From the NCBI GenBank assembly GCA_964413505.1, contig CAYPTV010000001.1, positions 1 to 32,089 on the forward strand: 32,089 nt of DNA. The letters are read 5' to 3'. The notes below the pieces were generated by a model that ran no database searches, had not been told where the DNA came from, and was given only the letters and a program-made list of their open reading frames with translations. This document shows, in pieces, positions 18,501-23,812 of the stretch. Position numbers and translations under genes: made by a program. Numbering within the stretch: the stretch's first letter is position 1; every line of letters starts with the position of its first letter. Source of the stretch: an uncultured Bifidobacteriaceae bacterium. Its GTDB lineage: Bacteria; Verrucomicrobiota; Verrucomicrobiia; Limisphaerales; UBA11358.

Positions 18501-19334
18501 ACCATCACGAACTTTGAAAGCCTCTCGGCGCTGACCAATCTCACCGCATCACTGGAGGAACGGGCTCGCTCTTACCTTGATGCCAACTGCGCGCAGTGCC
18601 ATCAGCCCGGCGGATCGGGCATCACCTTCGACGCGCGCTACGACACGCCGCTCTCCCGGCAGAACATCACCAACTATCCGGCAGCATTCTCGCTGGGGGT
18701 GGACAGCGCCTGCATCATCAAGGCGGACGATGTCTGGCGTTCGGTGCTGCTGGCGCGCATCAACACCAATGCCGCGGCTATCAAGATGCCGCCGCTGGCG
18801 CGCAGCATCATTGACACCAACGCCGTGCAGGTGATTGCCGGCTGGATCAACAGCCTGTCGGGCATGCCCACCCTGGCACCGCCGGTCATCACGCCAAACG
18901 GCGGCAGCTACTACGCCTCGGTGGGTGTCACCCTCACGCCGCCCGACACCAATGCGGCCATCTACTACACGCTGGACGGCTCTCTGCCCACGACCGGTTC
19001 GCTGCAGTATTCGGGCGCGTTCAACCTGACGGGCAACGCGACCGTCACGGCCAGCGCGTTCGAGACTAACTTCAACAACAGCATCGGGGCCGGCGCGCAG
19101 TTCCTGGTGCAGCCGCTCAACTTCACGTCGCTGGGCTACAACACGGCCGGCGGCCAGTTCCAGATGGGCTTCGAGGGCGTCATGGGCGAAACCTATGTGC
19201 TCCAGGCCACCACCAATTTCACCGACTGGACCCCCATCAGCACCAACAACGCCACAACCAATTTCTTAAACCTCACAGACCCAGACTCCACCAACTTTCA
19301 GAACAGATTCTACAGGGTTCTGTTAATACAGTAA
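12594..19334 (+). CDS. Giant secreted multidomain surface protein (PATR beta-helix repeats, FN3-like x2, beta-propeller, PA14, Ig-like, dihaem-type module)
   Basis: A single uninterrupted ORF of 2254 aa from GTG 12570, or 2246 aa from ATG 12594. It has an N-terminal hydrophobic signal/anchor [22 protein letters not shown]. Domain evidence is listed in the sub-features below. Confidence 0.9.
   Translation: [2246 protein letters not shown]
12930..14580 (+). other. Domain: autotransporter-associated beta-strand (PATR) repeats / beta-helix region
   Basis: At least four PATR-type units: [109 protein letters not shown] and [35 protein letters not shown]. Confidence 0.75.
14598..15209 (+). repeat. 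Two tandem 102-aa (306-nt) FN3-like modules inside the giant gene
   Basis: TNLPASN starts at 14613 and again at 14919. Both copies share LNGQ(V/I)LS.G...P.V..YYG.TDGGTN...W.N.V.LG.Q.G.F......L..NTTYY......N.AG.AWA.PS..FTT at roughly 50 percent identity. Confidence 0.7.
15228..16790 (+). other. Domain: beta-propeller-like region (PQQ-like repeat type)
   Basis: [21 protein letters not shown]...AQPLYV...[19 protein letters not shown]...GTIYVDV...GILYVAYGS...[10 protein letters not shown]...[12 protein letters not shown]...[17 protein letters not shown] shows recurrent strand motifs typical of this propeller class. The assignment is from memory of the family and is not HMM-verified. Confidence 0.5.
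17050..17460 (+). other. Domain: PA14 (carbohydrate-binding/adhesin-type)
   Basis: GLLGQYWTN...[11 protein letters not shown]...[43 protein letters not shown]...[24 protein letters not shown] is the classic PA14 pattern. Confidence 0.8.
17805..18865 (+). other. Domain: two-CXXCH putative dihaem c-type cytochrome-like module
   Basis: CLTCH at 18345-18359 and CAQCH at 18588-18602. The context [18 protein letters not shown]...ETRLLVR...YKWR...[15 protein letters not shown]...IKMPPLAR resembles, from memory, the TIGR03806 / SO2930-type dihaem family. Confidence 0.5.
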
Positions 19335-19354
19335 TCAGGGGGAAGGCTGACATT

Positions 19355-19449
19355 CTGAAAATTGAAAATGACACAACAGAGGTCGGAAGTCAGAGGTCAG
19401 AGGTCCATTTCAGCTTTTTAGCTTTTCAAATTTTCAGTTTTTGATTTTT
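19355..19449 (+). repeat. Junction element B: 14-bp stem enclosing CAGAGGTC repeats, with a T-rich 3' side ending at the next ATG
   Basis: CTGAAAATTGAAAA (19355-19368) pairs with TTTTCAAATTTTCAG (19423-19437), leaving one bulged T. CAGAGGTC occurs at 19377, 19391 and 19398. ATTTCAGCTTTTT is at 19408. The element ends tttttgatttttATG. Confidence 0.65.
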
Positions 19450-20427
19450 ATGGAACTGTCCGTCATTATCTGCACGCATAATCCGCGAAAGGATTATCTG
19501 GAGCGCACGTTAAATGCATTGCGTGCGCAGACGCTGCCCAAGGAACAATGGGAGTTGCTGCTGATTGATAATGCCTCCAAAGAACCACTGGCCAAGAGTT
19601 GGGATTTGTCCTGGCATTCGCAAGCCCGACATATCCGGGAGGAACAACTTGGACTTACGCCCGCCCGCCTGCGTGGCATCAAGGAATCAAAAGGCGAACT
19701 GCTGTTATTTGTGGATGATGATAATATGTTGCAACCTGATTATCTTGCAGTTTTATTAAATTTAGCCGAAGAACATTCAAAGCTGGGTTGTTTTGGTGCC
19801 GGAATATTGGAGCCGGAATTTGAACAGGAACCGTCACCCGAATTGCGGCCATACACATTCAACCTGGCATTGCGCTCAATTGAGAAACCAGAGTGGTCCA
19901 ATTCCATGAACGAAGCAAGGAAGCCGTTGGGAGCGGGTTTGGCCGTCCGGCGGATGGTGGCTGAAAAATCCGCTGCCGTGGTGCAGAGTTGCCCCATTCG
20001 AATCCAATTGGATCGATGTGGTTCAACACTCAATTCAGGTGGAGACGATGAGTTTTCCTGGGCGGCCTGTGAGATGGGGCTTGGCAAAGGATTGTTTCCC
20101 GCCCTTAAGATCAAACATCTGATTGGTCAGAAACGCGTAGAAAAACAATATCTGTTATCCATTGTAAAAGGGAATGGATTTTCACTTGCAATGCTTGCTC
20201 ATCTTCATGGCCAGACAATTTATTTACCGCCCACATCTTCGACATTTGCCGACATACTATGCAGTTTGTTCCGCGCGAAGTTGTCTATGACCCTTTATCA
20301 CGCAAACGCATGGTGGCTAGGCCTGCATAAGCCGCCAATAGAAAAGGACTTTGAAGATGCGTGGCGATCTGGTGTTGACGAGGCCCGGAAAAAACTGGCG
20401 GAATTGAAACCTGCCAAAAATAATTAA
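19450..20427 (+). CDS. Glycosyltransferase family 2 (paralogue 1 of a tandem pair)
   Basis: MELSVIICTHNPRKDYLERTLNALRAQTLPKEQWELLLIDNAS...LLFVDDDN. ATG 19450 is preferred over the track's TTG 19441. Confidence 0.8.
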   Translation: MELSVIICTHNPRKDYLERTLNALRAQTLPKEQWELLLIDNASKEPLAKSWDLSWHSQARHIREEQLGLTPARLRGIKESKGELLLFVDDDNMLQPDYLAVLLNLAEEHSKLGCFGAGILEPEFEQEPSPELRPYTFNLALRSIEKPEWSNSMNEARKPLGAGLAVRRMVAEKSAAVVQSCPIRIQLDRCGSTLNSGGDDEFSWAACEMGLGKGLFPALKIKHLIGQKRVEKQYLLSIVKGNGFSLAMLAHLHGQTIYLPPTSSTFADILCSLFRAKLSMTLYHANAWWLGLHKPPIEKDFEDAWRSGVDEARKKLAELKPAKNN

Positions 20428-21342
20428 ATGGATCTTTCAGTCATCATTCGCACGCATAACCCACGCGTTGATTACCTGACGCGGACTTTGGACGCGCTCA
20501 AGACTCAAACGCTGCCCAAGGACCAATGGGAATTGTTGCTCATTGACAATGCCTCCAAGAATCTTTTGGCCGGAAAGTGGGATCTGTCCTGGCATCCCCA
20601 CGCCAGTCATGTTCGCGAGGAACAACTTGGTTCCACATATGCCCAATTGCGGGGGATACGGGAATCGGCGTCGGACCTGATTGTTTTCGTAGACGATGAC
20701 AATGTGCTTTTTCCTGACTATCTGATGGAATGTATTCAGATCGCCAAAATGTGGACTGTTCTTGGGGCCTGGGGTGGTCAGCAGTTTCCGGAATTTGAAG
20801 ACGGCGAACCAATTGAAACCTGGAAGCGAGAATTTTGGACCGGCACTTTAAGACGTGATGCTTGGTCGAACAATTATGACCGGGCCACCGTTCCGATTGG
20901 CGCAGGAGTCTGTATCCGCCGTCAGGTGGCATTAAAATATGCCGGACTGGCGGGCAGCGATCCGTTGCGGCAAAGATTAGGCAGGACGGGTGCCGGGATT
21001 TTGAACTGCGCTGAAGATTATGACATGGCATTCGTTGCCTGCGACCTGGGCCTGGGTGTGGGGCGTTTTGTCAGCCTGAAACTATATCATCTTATGCCAA
21101 AGAGTCGGACAAGTGATGAATACCTTCTAAAGCTTAGTGAAGGGTTTGGATATTCCCTGGTCATATTGGACGCCTTGCGCGGAACCAAAACCCACCAGCT
21201 TTCGCATATAGACCGGATTGTGAACTTCTACAAACGGCTTCGAATTCCACCAATGAGACGGCGGATGGATGCGGCCTACGAAGCTGGAAGGACGCGGGCG
21301 ATCAATGAATTGAACATGATTTCCAGTCCGACATCGAAATGA
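20428..21342 (+). CDS. Glycosyltransferase family 2 (paralogue 2 of a tandem pair)
   Basis: MDLSVIIRTHNPRVDYLTRTLDALKTQTLPKDQWELLLIDNAS...IVFVDDDN. It starts on the nucleotide after the previous TAA. Confidence 0.8.
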   Translation: MDLSVIIRTHNPRVDYLTRTLDALKTQTLPKDQWELLLIDNASKNLLAGKWDLSWHPHASHVREEQLGSTYAQLRGIRESASDLIVFVDDDNVLFPDYLMECIQIAKMWTVLGAWGGQQFPEFEDGEPIETWKREFWTGTLRRDAWSNNYDRATVPIGAGVCIRRQVALKYAGLAGSDPLRQRLGRTGAGILNCAEDYDMAFVACDLGLGVGRFVSLKLYHLMPKSRTSDEYLLKLSEGFGYSLVILDALRGTKTHQLSHIDRIVNFYKRLRIPPMRRRMDAAYEAGRTRAINELNMISSPTSK

Positions 21343-22565
21343 ATTATTACGAGGAACTATACAATGGATGCCCTCCGCCGACGGGGAACATGTTCGGCAG
21401 CAAAAGCGATGGCCAAGCCGAACGGCTGGCGGAAGCCCGGAAACTTACCGGAATGATGCAGTCTCAACGCCCGTTCTGTTTCCTGCGCATGGGTGATGTC
21501 GAACTGAAATTTCTTTTGACCTATCAGGACAATCAACTGGATCAACTGGATCGTTCGGAATATGGCGACGGCCCCCTGTCCGGCACGCAAGGGTGCGGGA
21601 ATCCCGGCCTGGGACCAAAATATGCCAAACGCCTTTGGAACGTTTATGAGCAGGCCGACTATGTGGATTTCCATGAAAGGAACTGGCCGAACGAGCATCT
21701 GGTCAAAAAGTTGAAGATGGTCAGGAACTCCGGCACGCACCGGAACCCGGACAAAAATACCTCCGTCATTTTCCTGACCTGGGTCGAGAAGGAATTCAAA
21801 GAATACTGCAAGGGCCGACGCGTTGGCATTGCCGGTGCGGAATCACGATTACTGGAGATTCTTTGCAAGTCACAGGAGTTCAAGGCGGCGGCGGCAGATT
21901 ATTGGCCGGAGGATGCCGGGATATTTTTCCACCAAGCCCGGAATGACGGGCGAAACCTCGACGTCAATCTGGATCTGGTAAAAGAGGACTTGCGAAAATT
22001 TGTCGCCGACAACCGTCTGGACACACTTTTCCTCTCGTTGGGCGGCGGCGCAAAAATCCTTGGCTTTGAACTGTCCCGCGAACTTGGAATCTGCTGCTTT
22101 GATTTCGGAGCCATGACTCGGGCGTTGACTTATAGCGGCTGCGACGGAAACCGCGTGGCGCGTTCTCCTCATTCTCCATTTCTCTTTCGCATCCCGTTCG
22201 CGACTTACATGGACGCGCTCGAGAAAGCCATGCCGAAACTGACTCCGGCGGAACTTTTGGCCAAGGCCCACGGCCAGATTATTCTGGAGGTGGTGAAAAA
22301 GGAAGTCGGGTGGACTTTTGCCTCATGGGAACATGACTTCAGCGGGGAAAATCGCGCCGCCTTCAAAAAGGCATATCAGATTTATTGCAAACGCTACCGG
22401 CATCTGTTCAAGGCCGGCCCGGAGGCGCAAAGGGAAAGGACAGGTTTTCTGCATTTCTGCGGAACGAATGGGCTGACGCTGGAAGGGCGCTTTTTTATGG
22501 CAATCTTCCGGGCCAAAGGGATTGCTAGACGGTGTCTCGTGCTTAAGCAGAAAGTAGAAATTTAG
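21339..22565 (+). CDS. Hypothetical protein, possibly a GT-D/DUF1792-like glycosyltransferase
   Basis: A 408-aa ORF whose start overlaps the upstream stop (ATGA). CFLRMGDVELKFLL resembles the RFGDGE motif, and LSLGGGAKILGFELSRELGICCFDFGAM resembles the nucleotide-binding strand-loop of DUF1792 enzymes. The similarity is weak and recalled from memory. Confidence 0.35.
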   Translation: MNYYEELYNGCPPPTGNMFGSKSDGQAERLAEARKLTGMMQSQRPFCFLRMGDVELKFLLTYQDNQLDQLDRSEYGDGPLSGTQGCGNPGLGPKYAKRLWNVYEQADYVDFHERNWPNEHLVKKLKMVRNSGTHRNPDKNTSVIFLTWVEKEFKEYCKGRRVGIAGAESRLLEILCKSQEFKAAAADYWPEDAGIFFHQARNDGRNLDVNLDLVKEDLRKFVADNRLDTLFLSLGGGAKILGFELSRELGICCFDFGAMTRALTYSGCDGNRVARSPHSPFLFRIPFATYMDALEKAMPKLTPAELLAKAHGQIILEVVKKEVGWTFASWEHDFSGENRAAFKKAYQIYCKRYRHLFKAGPEAQRERTGFLHFCGTNGLTLEGRFFMAIFRAKGIARRCLVLKQKVEI

Positions 22566-22665
22566 GCGAAAAATTAGAAGTTGAGAAAGTAGAAATGAAT
22601 TTCAGCTTTCAGTTTTCCAAATTTCCGCTTTTTACTTTGGTTTGCCTTCTAGTTTTGGTTTGTTT
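22566..22665 (+). repeat. Junction element C: imperfect purine-arm/pyrimidine-arm palindrome ending at the next ATG
   Basis: gcgaaaaattagaagttgagaaagtagaaatgaa | tttcagctttcagttttccaaatttccgcttttt...ggtttgtttATG. The arms are roughly reverse-complementary. It shares the GAAATGAATTT, TTTCAGCTTT, TTTTCCAAATTT and TTCCGCTTTTT modules with A, B and D. Confidence 0.6.
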
Positions 22666-23766
22666 ATGAACGCTGACAAGCACAACCCCCGATCAGATTC
22701 GACGCGGATCGCATCCCTCGATGGGTTTCGCGCCCTCTCCATCGTCATGGTTCTTTGGGATCATGCCCAGTTGACAAACCATTTTCCGAAACTGCCCTTT
22801 CCCTGGATCAACTATATTTTAGACGGTGAGATGGGGGTGAGGATTTTTTTTGTCATCAGCGGTTTTCTTATCACGACACTGCTGCTGCAGGAGGAGAAAA
22901 AATGCGGTTATATTTCCCTTCCATTGTTCTACAAGCGCAGGGCCTTGCGGATTTTGCCTGTCTATTGGGCTTACATTCTGACAGTTGTCCTTTACGCCGC
23001 GATCACCGGTCTGGTGATACCATTCTGGGATTATTTTGAGACCCTCACTTTCACCACCTCCTGGTTTATGCGGCACCAATGGATTTTGGGCCACAGCTGG
23101 TCTCTCAGCATTGAAGAAATATTTTACTTGGTCTGGCCGTTTGCCCTGACAAGGCTTGGCCCCAAAAAAAGGCTTTGGTTCGCATTTGCGGGTATTCTGC
23201 TGGGTCCGATATTACGGGCTTTGAATTATCAATATGGATGGCGTAGCGTGACACACACCGTTTGGGTAGTTCCGGATGTGATCATGTGGGGATGCCTCCT
23301 TGCGTTGCTCCACAATCAATTCTCCGTCAGGCTGGTTGCCATATTCAGGAGAAACGCATGGATTTATCATTCCTTGATTGTTTTGGTGTTTTCGGGGCTT
23401 GATTGGGCGTTTAATCACCGGGTGTTCGGCCTTATCACGGTTCCATTCGCAATTTCATTCCATTCTTTGGCAATCTGCTATTTGCTGTATTACTACTCAT
23501 TCATTTCGAAGGGGCTTGTGTTCAAAATGCTGAATAATACATGGGTTGTTGCTCTCGGCGGAATCTCTTACAGCCTGTATTTGTGGCAGGAGATATTTCT
23601 GTTCCCAAAAATCCAACATTTCTTCTTCTGGCAATCATTTCCCATAAACGTCCTGGGAGCCGTGGTCGCCGCCGCCGCTTCATATTATCTATTGGAAAAG
23701 CCACTGCTCAAGTTGCGTGTAAAATTGCGCCACCCGGCCTTGAAGAGCAAGGCAGCGCCTAATTAA
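22666..23766 (+). CDS. Acyltransferase family 3 (OafA/YrhL-like membrane O-acyltransferase)
   Basis: LDGFRALSIVMVLWDH...GVRIFFVISGFLIT...HSWSLSIEEIFYLVWP...GGISYSLYLWQ. ATG 22666 is preferred over TTG 22642. Confidence 0.85.
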   Translation: MNADKHNPRSDSTRIASLDGFRALSIVMVLWDHAQLTNHFPKLPFPWINYILDGEMGVRIFFVISGFLITTLLLQEEKKCGYISLPLFYKRRALRILPVYWAYILTVVLYAAITGLVIPFWDYFETLTFTTSWFMRHQWILGHSWSLSIEEIFYLVWPFALTRLGPKKRLWFAFAGILLGPILRALNYQYGWRSVTHTVWVVPDVIMWGCLLALLHNQFSVRLVAIFRRNAWIYHSLIVLVFSGLDWAFNHRVFGLITVPFAISFHSLAICYLLYYYSFISKGLVFKMLNNTWVVALGGISYSLYLWQEIFLFPKIQHFFFWQSFPINVLGAVVAAAASYYLLEKPLLKLRVKLRHPALKSKAAPN

Positions 23767-23812
23767 AGTCAGAGTCGGCTTCAAAGCCTTATTTTGCATC
23801 CGCCAGTCTATT

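Noticed and set aside
19090-19334. PEP-CTERM/exosortase sorting signal, or a classical autotransporter barrel, on the giant protein
   Set aside because: The C-terminus lacks a PEP motif, a TM helix and an Arg cluster. No ~250-300-aa beta-barrel translocator follows the PATR repeats, and no exosortase gene is in the window.
23767-23812. Terminator between the AT3 and MBOAT genes (ggcttcaaagcc followed by ttatttt)
   Set aside because: The stem is only 4-5 bp with a minimal loop, which is too weak to call. The nearby agtcagagtc resembles the junction-element motif but is too short to score.
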